38,549 bases of DNA from positions 1 through 38,549 of the IMG/VR virus record IMGVR_UViG_3300028594_000085; one strand, written 5' to 3'. Positions 1 to 7,288 of this stretch are shown here, in pieces. This DNA comes from a virus. The notes beneath the pieces were generated by a model, which did no database searches, was not told the DNA's origin, and worked only from the letters and a program-made list of their open reading frames with translations. The translations under genes were made by a program, and so were the position numbers. Position 1 is the stretch's first letter; each line of letters opens with the position of its first letter.

Positions 1-55
1 GATTGGGCTTTTTAACTTTGTGTTTTTCCATGTTATAAAAACACTCCATTCATAC
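1..55. repeat. Terminal direct repeat, copy 1 (identical to 38495-38549)
   Basis: Base-by-base comparison: gattgggctttttaactttgtgtttttccatgttataaaaacactccattcatac occurs at both window ends. Confidence 0.97.
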
Positions 56-100
56 GGAAGTAGTTTGTAACATAGAAAAAAGGGGTTGACGTATCAAGGG

Positions 101-129
101 TTCCGGTCCTCCTAATTATATGGTATTAT
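101..129 (+). promoter_or_regulatory. Candidate extended -10 promoter for the 159-758 gene
   Basis: TGgTATTAT at 121-129 fits the TGn-TATAAT class. The -35 position (TTCCGG, 101-106) is poor. Confidence 0.3.
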
Positions 130-158
130 GTGGGTAGCTATCATTAGGAGGGTCATTT

Positions 159-758
159 ATGGAAAAAAGATGGTGGGTGTGGGTGCTTGCAGCCCTTGCT
201 GTTTTAGCGGTATTCGCGGTAGTGCAGGGAGCGCTCCAGCCCCAGGATGAAATGGCGGAAGAAGCAGACGAACCAGCTGCCGAGGAAGAGGAACCGGCTG
301 AAGAGACAGCCGAACCTGTGGCCGAAGAGGATCCTGCGGAAGAGACAGAACCCGCTGCCGAGGAAGAAGCAGCTGAAGCAGACAGCGAACCCCTGACACG
401 TGAAGAAGAGCTCGAAGCCCGGACACTTGAGATCATTGAGGAAGATTTAGATAGCACTTCCGTCAATGAAATTAAAGTGAATTATAACGCGGGGCTAGAT
501 GATGGTTCATATCTGGTGTTGCCTCATCTTGTCTGGGATGTGCAAAACAGCGCAGGCACGACCAGGGATATGCTAGAAATGTATGCAGACCATCTTGCGG
601 CTAGTCTCGCAGAGGAAGGCGACATCAGTGAGATTACCGTATTCTGGGAAGTGCCTTACCACCTGGAGGGCGACAACGTAGCAAAGTTTAACTACACGCC
701 TGCAGGCGACGGCATGGCAAAAGGCGACATATGGTTTGGTCCGGAGCTTCAGGACTAA
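159..758 (+). CDS. Membrane-anchored or secreted protein with a long acidic Pro/Glu/Ala-rich linker and a C-terminal globular domain of about 110 aa; function unknown (moron)
   Basis: SD TAGGAGGG 7 nt upstream of the ATG. N-terminal hydrophobic helix WWVWVLAALAVLAVFAVV. About 75 aa of E/P/A low complexity. Followed by a strong terminator. Confidence 0.75.
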   Translation: MEKRWWVWVLAALAVLAVFAVVQGALQPQDEMAEEADEPAAEEEEPAEETAEPVAEEDPAEETEPAAEEEAAEADSEPLTREEELEARTLEIIEEDLDSTSVNEIKVNYNAGLDDGSYLVLPHLVWDVQNSAGTTRDMLEMYADHLAASLAEEGDISEITVFWEVPYHLEGDNVAKFNYTPAGDGMAKGDIWFGPELQD

Positions 759-787
759 AGACCGCTAGAGATAGCGGTCTTTTTTCT
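759..787 (+). terminator. Rho-independent terminator
   Basis: agaccgcta-gaga-tagcggtct is a perfect 9-bp stem (759-780), followed by TTTTT. Confidence 0.85.
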
Positions 788-821
788 TTACCAAAATAAA
801 TAAAAAACTTTTAAAAAGGCA

Positions 822-850
822 TTGACATAGTACGGCAACCGTACTATAAT
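822..850 (+). promoter_or_regulatory. Consensus sigma-A promoter with a palindromic operator in the spacer
   Basis: TTGACA (822-827), 17-nt spacer, TATAAT (845-850). The perfect inverted repeat TAGTACGG-caa-CCGTACTA at 828-846 overlaps the spacer and the -10. Confidence 0.8.
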
Positions 851-894
851 AAAGTTAGAAGTTAAGAGACAGCATCCGAAAGGAGGTTAAACAA

Positions 895-1323
895 GTGGAA
901 ATCATTAAAAGAAATATCAAAGTGCTGCTCGATCACCAGGGAATAAGCAACTACCGCATCCATAAAGAAACTGGGATCGCAAAGATGACACTGTCCGACC
1001 TTGCAAACGGAAAGAGTGAGATTGGAAACATGAAACTGGATCACGCCTTGAAACTCAATGAATTCTATAAAAAATTAGAGGAGGAAAACAAAATGGAAAA
1101 AGTAAAATTTGAGGGTAGAGAGTACACACTGACGCAGGATGCTTATTTGGATGGGCTTCCGGGAGAAACACCAATTTTTAAAGCAGCTGCAGTTGATTCT
1201 GAAGGGGATGACTTTGAGGTAACTTGGGATGTAGTGGATAACTGGGAGGAAGTTGCAGAACTTGGGGACGATCAGGCAATGGTAGAGGACTGGGGCTCTC
1301 CGGTAAGTGTGGAAAGGTTATGA
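895..1323 (+). CDS. XRE-family HTH domain (about aa 1-65) fused to an acidic C-terminal domain of unknown function
   Basis: GTG start with AGGAGG 8 nt upstream. N-terminus has an XRE-like HTH (GISNYRIHKETGIAKMTLSDLANGK). An internal SD (AGAGGAGGA, 1077-1085) sits 7 nt before an in-frame ATG at 1093. Confidence 0.75.
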   Translation: MEIIKRNIKVLLDHQGISNYRIHKETGIAKMTLSDLANGKSEIGNMKLDHALKLNEFYKKLEEENKMEKVKFEGREYTLTQDAYLDGLPGETPIFKAAAVDSEGDDFEVTWDVVDNWEEVAELGDDQAMVEDWGSPVSVERL

Positions 1324-1613
1324 GAAAAGCCCGCCATTAAGGTGGGCAATCTCTAAGCCCTCGGGCTTATAAAATAAAACATAGTTTCAATCCACAGCCG
1401 GGAACGGCCCGGCTGACACCGTAATGCATGGCTCATCCCTATTTACATCCCGTGTATTAGATAATATAGTAACTGTTATGTATTGTCAATCAAATTAAAT
1501 AAAAAATACGGGGACAGGTTTTCCAGGCCGGCCCCCTATATAGTGTTAAATCTACATAAGCATAACATAGCCATAAGCTTGAGTTACGTTGCGACTAAAC
1601 TAATGTTAGTATA

Positions 1614-2807
1614 TCACCTCCTTAAAATATTTAACAGTTGCCTGTTTTGGGCAGCTGTTCCCCGATAATTACTAATACCGTGCTGCTCTGCCAAGCGCTT
1701 GCGGTTGCTAAAACTCGACCCGCCTAAGTGCTTGTTACCTGGCAGATTGAGATAGTCTACAATACTATCCCCCGTGTAGCTGGTGACATTTCTGTTAGTA
1801 GACCCTCCGCTACTGCCCCGTAATGCATTTAACAGTCGGGTGTTTTGAGCAGCCGTCCCGGTATACTTACTGATGCCGTGCTGGGCGGCCAGTCGCTTCC
1901 GGTTATTAAAGCCAGAGCCGCCCAAGTGCTCGTTTCCTTTCAGATTAAGGAAATCGACGATCGAGTCTCCTGTATAGCTTGTCACATTGCTGCTACTAGG
2001 TTTGCTCACTGGAGCGGATCCGCTGCGTAGTTTGTTCAGCAGTTCCAAGTTCTGCGATTCTGTTCCGCGGTAATTGCTGATGCCATACTGATCTGCCAGT
2101 CGCTTGCGGTTTGCAAAGGAATGATCTTCGTCAATGCTGATTAAATAGTCTACAATGCTGTTAGTCTGCATGTCCGGCTGTTTACTGCTGCTGCCGGAGC
2201 TCTTTGTCTGTTGCTTCGGTGCTGGCGCTGTCTTCTTCGGTTGCTTGTCCGCAGTAGACCCTGCAAAGACCTCTACGAGCTTTTTAGCGTACTCCTCGAC
2301 GTTCTCTGTCATGATGCGGGCATCCTCTTTATTCGTACCAAAGCCCAGCTCCAGGAGACGGTAGGTAATGCCTGCGTTTGCTGTCCGGTTGACGTTTGCC
2401 AGGTCACTCCTGCCGCTGATGCCCCGGTGTCCGCGGTGCTCATAGCGGATGCCCACCATATCCTCAATCACGTCTCGGAGCGCCAGGTCTACATCATCCG
2501 GAGCGTATCCGCTGTAAACAATCACATGGCCGCCGGATGCTGCAGCAGAAGCCGCGTCAAAGTGGAACTCTGTTACTTCATCGGCATTAAAGCGCTTGGC
2601 CAGGTCTACAATGTTGCCGTGAGCAAAGACGTTGTAATCGTCAAATAGAATAACGTCATGATCAGCTGGCAGGAACTTCTTAATCGCCGGGAACAGATCC
2701 TCGGACATATAGCGATGCTCTCCTTTTGAGATAAGGCCAGTCGCTCCTGGATCAAAGCTGCCGTTTGGACGTCTGCCGTGTCCTGCAATGAGTAAGTGTC
2801 TAGTCAT
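1614..2807 (-). CDS. Endolysin: N-acetylmuramoyl-L-alanine amidase (Amidase_3-like) with three C-terminal wall-binding-type repeats
   Basis: N-terminus has IAGHG..DPGA and FHFDA motifs typical of MurNAc-LAA amidases. A Ser/Lys/Pro linker follows, then three repeats of 47-57 aa (SIVDYL..F.NRKRLA.QHGIS.Y.GTA.QN..LLN.LR) at aa 216-262, 275-331 and 341-397. Last gene of the lysis cassette. Confidence 0.85.
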   Translation of the reverse strand: MTRHLLIAGHGRRPNGSFDPGATGLISKGEHRYMSEDLFPAIKKFLPADHDVILFDDYNVFAHGNIVDLAKRFNADEVTEFHFDAASAAASGGHVIVYSGYAPDDVDLALRDVIEDMVGIRYEHRGHRGISGRSDLANVNRTANAGITYRLLELGFGTNKEDARIMTENVEEYAKKLVEVFAGSTADKQPKKTAPAPKQQTKSSGSSSKQPDMQTNSIVDYLISIDEDHSFANRKRLADQYGISNYRGTESQNLELLNKLRSGSAPVSKPSSSNVTSYTGDSIVDFLNLKGNEHLGGSGFNNRKRLAAQHGISKYTGTAAQNTRLLNALRGSSGGSTNRNVTSYTGDSIVDYLNLPGNKHLGGSSFSNRKRLAEQHGISNYRGTAAQNRQLLNILRR

Positions 2808-2828
2808 TGTGAGTCCTCCTTATAAATT

Positions 2829-2856
2829 AAAAAAAAAAACACCCGTTTACCGGATG
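2829..2856 (-). terminator. Rho-independent terminator between holin and endolysin
   Basis: Minus-strand RNA: catccg-guaaa-cgggug, a 6-bp stem with one G-U that would be A-C on the plus strand. Followed by 11 U (plus-strand A-run 2829-2839). The hairpin overlaps the holin stop codon. Confidence 0.7.
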
Positions 2857-3095
2857 TAATTCTTGTCGTCTTTTGGCTTGTCGTATCCCTGCGCCTGCTT
2901 ACTGTCACTTAATCCTGCTACAGTAGGGTCCGTTACAATTCCACCAGCCACTAAAACAAGCAAAATAGCCTGTACATAGCGCTCGTATTGTCCGGCATCC
3001 ATTAACCCTAAGTCGGTGACAATCAGCCCCACAAAGGCAGCCAGCGCTACCCAGAACTTGTAGGATTTAAAGCGTACTTTCCAATTGATTTTCAT
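2847..3095 (-). CDS. Holin (phi LC3 / Phage_holin_1-like)
   Basis: The start MKINWKVRFKSYKFWVALAAFVGL, the later VTDPT..GLSDS motif, two hydrophobic segments and a charged C-terminus resemble the phi LC3 holin family. Position fits. Confidence 0.8.
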   Translation of the reverse strand: MKINWKVRFKSYKFWVALAAFVGLIVTDLGLMDAGQYERYVQAILLVLVAGGIVTDPTVAGLSDSKQAQGYDKPKDDKNYIR

Positions 3096-3098
3096 TTT

Positions 3099-3446
3099 TT
3101 ACCCTCCTATCACGTATTTAACAAACTCAAACAGCATATAAGCCAATCCCCCGCCGCCAACAGCTGCCGCGATAACACCCCATTTATGATTGTTGCTGTC
3201 TTTTTTAATGCCAAGGGTGTGTTCGAGCAGGGTGTCAAATATCATCCGCTGCTCTTTCTGGTGCTTCTCTATCAGCTGTTTTTGCTCGGTATTCTGGCTG
3301 TACAGCATGTTTTCAATTTTTGACTGGGAAGCCTGGACGGCATTTAAATCTTTTTTGACTTCGCCATAGTTCTTTTCCAGCTCAATAATACGGCGCTCGT
3401 GATCCTGCACCATCGACTCCATGTCGATCACTTCCTTTTCATCCAT
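3099..3446 (-). CDS. xhlA: XhlA-like lysis-associated membrane protein
   Basis: N-terminal coiled coil plus a single C-terminal TM (WGVIAAAVGGGGLAYMLF). Located immediately upstream of the holin, as in PBSX-type lysis cassettes. Confidence 0.65.
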   Translation of the reverse strand: MDEKEVIDMESMVQDHERRIIELEKNYGEVKKDLNAVQASQSKIENMLYSQNTEQKQLIEKHQKEQRMIFDTLLEHTLGIKKDSNNHKWGVIAAAVGGGGLAYMLFEFVKYVIGG

Positions 3447-3485
3447 TTTCGACCCCCTATTTAATAAGATTTCTCATATTTCCCC

Positions 3486-3515
3486 ATAAAAAATAACGCC
3501 CTATTTCTTGGCGTT
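3486..3515 (-). terminator. Terminator-like hairpin (bidirectional) at the end of the 61-aa ORF
   Basis: Perfect 6-bp stem aacgcc(3495-3500)/ggcgtt(3510-3515) with a 9-nt loop. A U-run follows on the minus strand (plus-strand A-run 3488-3493), and TTTTT also follows on the plus strand. Confidence 0.5.
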
Positions 3516-3686
3516 TTTCTGTTCTTGCTGCTCTTTCATAATCTCAATTTGAGAGTGTGCCAGGTTTAAATTAAGTGTAAGCTCCGCGACTTGCATGCTT
3601 AAACGGTCAACGGTCCGCTGTAGTATTGCTTCCATCTCCGTCTGTGGTTTGGCTTCCTTTATAGGTTGTTGTGCATTCTCTTTCAT
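3501..3686 (-). CDS. Small coiled-coil protein, unknown function
   Basis: AAGGAG SD 7 nt upstream of the ATG. 61 aa, helical and charged. Confidence 0.65.
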   Translation of the reverse strand: MKENAQQPIKEAKPQTEMEAILQRTVDRLSMQVAELTLNLNLAHSQIEIMKEQQEQKNAKK

Positions 3687-3843
3687 CTTTCCACTCCTTC
3701 CCTGTCCATATTGGATTGCTTATATTTTCTGGTATGGGTACTTTCACAACGTTTTCAGGCGCTTCCCCGTGATAAACTACTTGATACAAAGGACGGCCGT
3801 CAGAGCCGACTTCATAGCCTGTACATCTCTCCGGTCTCTCCAT
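3607..3843 (-). CDS. Possible small ORF overlapping the Tal 3' end and the 61-aa ORF; uncertain
   Basis: The segment YEVGSDGRPLYQVVYHGEAPENVVKVPIPENISNPIWTGKEW looks protein-like. There is no clear SD, the C-terminal part is low complexity, and it overlaps a gene with a strong SD. Confidence 0.3.
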   Translation of the reverse strand: MERPERCTGYEVGSDGRPLYQVVYHGEAPENVVKVPIPENISNPIWTGKEWKDERECTTTYKGSQTTDGDGSNTTADR

Positions 3844-6800
3844 CCAAGAGGATGGTCTCTTGTTCCGGCTGCTCTTCGACACTGGCAATTTGCATCAACT
3901 CCCCTGTCTCTTCTGCGGCTTTCATATCTGCCCAGAAGGAATTTTCATACTCTACGCGCTCACCGACAAAGCGTATATCAGTGACGCCGTTCCCTTTTAT
4001 GATAATGTAGCCGCTGCCTTTTTCGACCACTTCCCCATTGTTAGGAAATGCCGCAAAGTTAGATACGGCTTTCAGGTACTTATCATCCAGCATAAGCTTA
4101 GTGCCGTGCGGAGAGAGCTGTACATCAAACTCAATATATTCGATGAGCACTTGCGGACTATCGACTGGTGACATTCCAAGGTTTTTGCGATCAATTTCAA
4201 TGGATCCGCCGCTTTTCGACCCGTCAGAAGCAAATATATGCCTTGCTGTGCCTCCCGACCGGAATTCCACCTGTCCATCTTCAAATACCATTATCCTGTT
4301 ATTATGGTCATACCTAAAGTCAATAGCGTTCGCGTAAGATTCTATACCTGCCGTTCCTTGTGATCCGATTCTAAATTGGGTATGGTTTAATCTAAACAAT
4401 CCCCCAACTGTCAACCGGGAAATAAATTCTGACGGACGTGAGACTTCCAGGGAATCGCCGATGTAAACGGGGTCAGAAAAAGAAAAGCCTCTACGCCCGA
4501 TGCTGTCATCCATGCGCCATATCAGCCTGACCGTGTACACACCACCATCATCATGATCGTGGGACCAAGTCATAAAAGAAGCATTGTTAGTGACCTGGAA
4601 TGACAAACCTCTATGGTTTGGGTCAGATTCCCAGTGGGATGTACCAATGTTTCCGATGTGGTTTTCGTCCCGGAAAAATCTGTGCCCTCTATGGTCAAGT
4701 AACGATGTGCGGGTAAGTCCGGAAAATGTTTCTAAACCTACGCTTGATATTTTTACGTATTGAGAGACATTGTTAAAACCGGTTGATACCTGCTGCGCTG
4801 TTATACTGCCTGTATAAATGCCATTAGAATCAAGGTACGTCCCTATACCTCCGTCAATCTGGATAGCTCCCCCAGCTATATAAAGGCCTCTATGGTCCAG
4901 TCTGGCGTACCTGCTAGCGTTTGACGTATAGGCAGTGATGCCGTCGCTGTTTTGCCTAATGGATGTAGGCAAAGGAGATTCAAGACGCAAGTCTTCGCGT
5001 AATGCGTCATCTGATTCAGCTACTTTATTTGTCGTTATGCTTTCCAGAGCATGTTCAATTGTCTGGAGTAAAGGCGACATAAATTCTTTATACGTCTCAA
5101 ACGCTTCGTTTACTGATTCTCTTTCTTCGGAAGTCGCCTTTCCGCCGGCGATTGCCGCATTTATGGCATCCACTAGATTGTTGTAGCGGACCATATAGCC
5201 AGCACTACCGGTGTAAAACGTTTCTTCTAATATAAGGGCGTTGATGTCTGCTATTTGATTGTTTGCTAGTAAAGCATCCACACGACCCTGTAAGATGTTC
5301 TTTTCCGTCTCCAGCATGTGCAGATAAGATTCTATCGCCTTAGCTTCGGTCTCTTCTATTATCCCATCATGAAATGCGTTATTTACATACTCCTGGAAGG
5401 TTCCCAAGTGCTCGTCTGCATGCTCTATGGCGTTGCTTTCCGCGCCGTCTGCTTTGGTCTGTGCAATAGCATCTAACGCCTGCTCAAGGCGAGTAGACAG
5501 GGAAGCTTTAGCATCCGCATAGGCCGCAAATTGAGCATCGACAGCAGCCTTTTCGTTAGGTGTAGTCTTTCCATCTTCAATAGCGTCCAGAATCGTCTGG
5601 ATGAGTGTTTCATAAGCCCCGTTATAGTTCACTTTGGCATTTAATAAGTTGGTACGTTCTGGACCTGGCAGATGGATGTTTGTGTAGATTTCTGCATAGT
5701 GTGCATCGTTTTCTGCCTTTTCGCTCTCAATCGTATTGATATAACTTTCAATGGCTTTCGCTTCCGATTCTTGAATAATGCCATCCCGAAAAGCGCCCTC
5801 GACAAGCTCCCGGAATTGGTCCATTTCAACGACAATTTCAGTCGGGTCATACCCTTCTGCAAACTCAGTTCCTGGTCCAATCTCAATATGATTCGCTGAC
5901 AGCTTACCGATTGCCCCAGCTGTAAGGACGAACCCATCAGCGGTAACAGCTTCGCGGAAGGTATTTCCGCCGTCATTACTGATGCCGATTCCTTCGGAGT
6001 TAAGCAGCACTAATCTGTTAGGGTCATTTTTGTCACGGGCAATGATGCCGTTGTCAAAGATTAATTCCGTTAGCGCCCGTTGCAATGCTGCGGTAGACGT
6101 GCGGACGGCTTCATCCAGGGCGTTGTATCGTATCACGCCGTCATCCGTTACGATCCCATCCAGCTGCTTGCGGACGTTATCAAACATGGTACCAGCAAAA
6201 GACTTCTTATGATTGGATAGTGTGACTTCGGTTTTGTAGGGAACAATCTCTCCCGTTGCCTGGTCATATTTGAAGTGCTCTGTGATCTCCATGATCCGCG
6301 TCTCCAGGAGAAGTTCATCCATGGGCTCATAGATCAGCCAGACGCGATCCCCTTCATTCGGAATGGTATACGGGTAGCCCGCGGCTCGCAAGTCTACAAA
6401 ATCGAGCGTGAGCGTGACCAGGGGTTCATCCTGCAGCCTGGAGATCAATTCTTCTCGGAGAGCATCATCTGACTTGAAACGCTCGTCCTCTACGGGATCA
6501 GCTTCAATCTCTCCGAATATATCCACGTTGGGGCTGCGATAAGAGGCAGAGACGCCAAGCTCCGGATCTCCCGTACCACTGATAACTGTTGCAAGGTTTT
6601 TTGTATCGACTTCCCGCTTGATGGCCTTAATGTTATGGCCGTATCGGAATTGAAAATCGGTATCTCTTCCAATCCGATGGTAGAAATAGACTACATTTCC
6701 TCTCAATTCAAACTCTGCCTTGAAACGATCCAGCCCTTTCTGGAGGAGTGCCAGGCGGTTCTCGTTGCCCAGGTTTTCAAAGGATCGGGCATAGAACGTA

Positions 6801-7171
6801 TCGACGACAACAAAGGTGTAAGGAGTGTCTTCAAACACCATTTCCATGTAATTGTGGAAGGTGATTGATCCGTTATGGATCCGCGGCTGCTGTTTATTAA
6901 TCAGGTCCACGTAAAACTGATGGATGGCTGTTACTTTCTTTGTATACCGCTTTCCTTTTGATGCCTCATTGAGCTTTTTAATCACATAGTCATCATCCAG
7001 AACATGCAGCGTCGATTCCTCTTTAACCAGAGGAAAAGCATGTGCGTTTTTAGGAGAGGGGAGGATCGTCAACTCTGTTGTTTTTTCGCCGTTTACTTTC
7101 CTGCTTCGTTTCAGTGCCTGGAAGTGGGCGAAAGGTTCCTCGGTGCCTGTTAAATCTCGGACAGATAGCAT
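3812..7171 (-). CDS. Tal-type distal tail / tail tip protein (prophage endopeptidase tail N-terminal domain), coiled-coil stalk, C-terminal receptor-binding region
   Basis: 1119 aa, downstream of Dit in the tail module (separated from it by the 178-aa and 73-aa ORFs). The N-terminal ~300 aa have the siphovirus Tal / phage minor structural protein signature. Internal duplication of about 130 aa at aa 452-585 and 592-720. Confidence 0.85.
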   Translation of the reverse strand: MLSVRDLTGTEEPFAHFQALKRSRKVNGEKTTELTILPSPKNAHAFPLVKEESTLHVLDDDYVIKKLNEASKGKRYTKKVTAIHQFYVDLINKQQPRIHNGSITFHNYMEMVFEDTPYTFVVVDTFYARSFENLGNENRLALLQKGLDRFKAEFELRGNVVYFYHRIGRDTDFQFRYGHNIKAIKREVDTKNLATVISGTGDPELGVSASYRSPNVDIFGEIEADPVEDERFKSDDALREELISRLQDEPLVTLTLDFVDLRAAGYPYTIPNEGDRVWLIYEPMDELLLETRIMEITEHFKYDQATGEIVPYKTEVTLSNHKKSFAGTMFDNVRKQLDGIVTDDGVIRYNALDEAVRTSTAALQRALTELIFDNGIIARDKNDPNRLVLLNSEGIGISNDGGNTFREAVTADGFVLTAGAIGKLSANHIEIGPGTEFAEGYDPTEIVVEMDQFRELVEGAFRDGIIQESEAKAIESYINTIESEKAENDAHYAEIYTNIHLPGPERTNLLNAKVNYNGAYETLIQTILDAIEDGKTTPNEKAAVDAQFAAYADAKASLSTRLEQALDAIAQTKADGAESNAIEHADEHLGTFQEYVNNAFHDGIIEETEAKAIESYLHMLETEKNILQGRVDALLANNQIADINALILEETFYTGSAGYMVRYNNLVDAINAAIAGGKATSEERESVNEAFETYKEFMSPLLQTIEHALESITTNKVAESDDALREDLRLESPLPTSIRQNSDGITAYTSNASRYARLDHRGLYIAGGAIQIDGGIGTYLDSNGIYTGSITAQQVSTGFNNVSQYVKISSVGLETFSGLTRTSLLDHRGHRFFRDENHIGNIGTSHWESDPNHRGLSFQVTNNASFMTWSHDHDDGGVYTVRLIWRMDDSIGRRGFSFSDPVYIGDSLEVSRPSEFISRLTVGGLFRLNHTQFRIGSQGTAGIESYANAIDFRYDHNNRIMVFEDGQVEFRSGGTARHIFASDGSKSGGSIEIDRKNLGMSPVDSPQVLIEYIEFDVQLSPHGTKLMLDDKYLKAVSNFAAFPNNGEVVEKGSGYIIIKGNGVTDIRFVGERVEYENSFWADMKAAEETGELMQIASVEEQPEQETILLDGETGEMYRL

Positions 7172-7172
7172 T

Positions 7173-7209
7173 GTTTCACCACCTTATGTTATAATTAAGG
7201 TGGCGAAAC
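7173..7209 (-). promoter_or_regulatory. Hairpin sequestering the Tal Shine-Dalgarno sequence
   Basis: 14-bp inverted repeat 7173-7186 / 7196-7209 with a 9-nt loop. The single mismatch is a G-U on the minus-strand RNA but A-C on the plus strand. The arm at 7173-7186 contains AAGGUGGUGA, the SD of the ATG at 7171. Confidence 0.6.
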
Positions 7210-7216
7210 CATAAGA

Positions 7217-7258
7217 GAAAAGCGACTGCCTCCCGCCCGGAGATTCAGTCGCTTTTTC
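7217..7258. terminator. Bidirectional rho-independent terminator between the 73-aa ORF and Tal
   Basis: aaaagcgactg (7218-7228) pairs perfectly with cagtcgctttt (7246-7256). An inner ctcc/ggag pairing extends the stem. U-rich tracts follow on both strands. Confidence 0.7.
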
Positions 7259-7288
7259 TTGTTTTATACACTTGATATTAGACGTGCG

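Noticed and set aside
1-55. Terminal 55-bp repeats read as attL/attR of an integrated prophage, or as physical direct terminal repeats
   Set aside because: The repeat starts inside the integrase ORF and ends exactly at the window edges, with no host flanks. The integrase is a serine recombinase, whose att sites share only a short core as far as I know. An assembly overlap on a circular molecule is the simpler reading.
86-120. TTGACG at 86-91 as the -35 element of a sigma-A promoter for the 159-758 gene
   Set aside because: No acceptable -10 hexamer lies 16-18 nt downstream; the nearest AT-rich hexamers are 21 or more nt away. Only the extended -10 at 121-129 was kept, as a low-confidence candidate.
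116-466. Minus-strand ORFs of 116 and 89 aa opposite the 159-758 gene
   Set aside because: They are Ser/Ala-rich mirror images of the GAA/GCC-rich acidic linker. They have no SD and run against the local promoter/terminator logic.
1376-1400. tRNA fragment suggested by gtttcaatcc, which resembles a T-loop
   Set aside because: The flanking bases do not form a T-stem or an acceptor stem, and no cloverleaf can be drawn.
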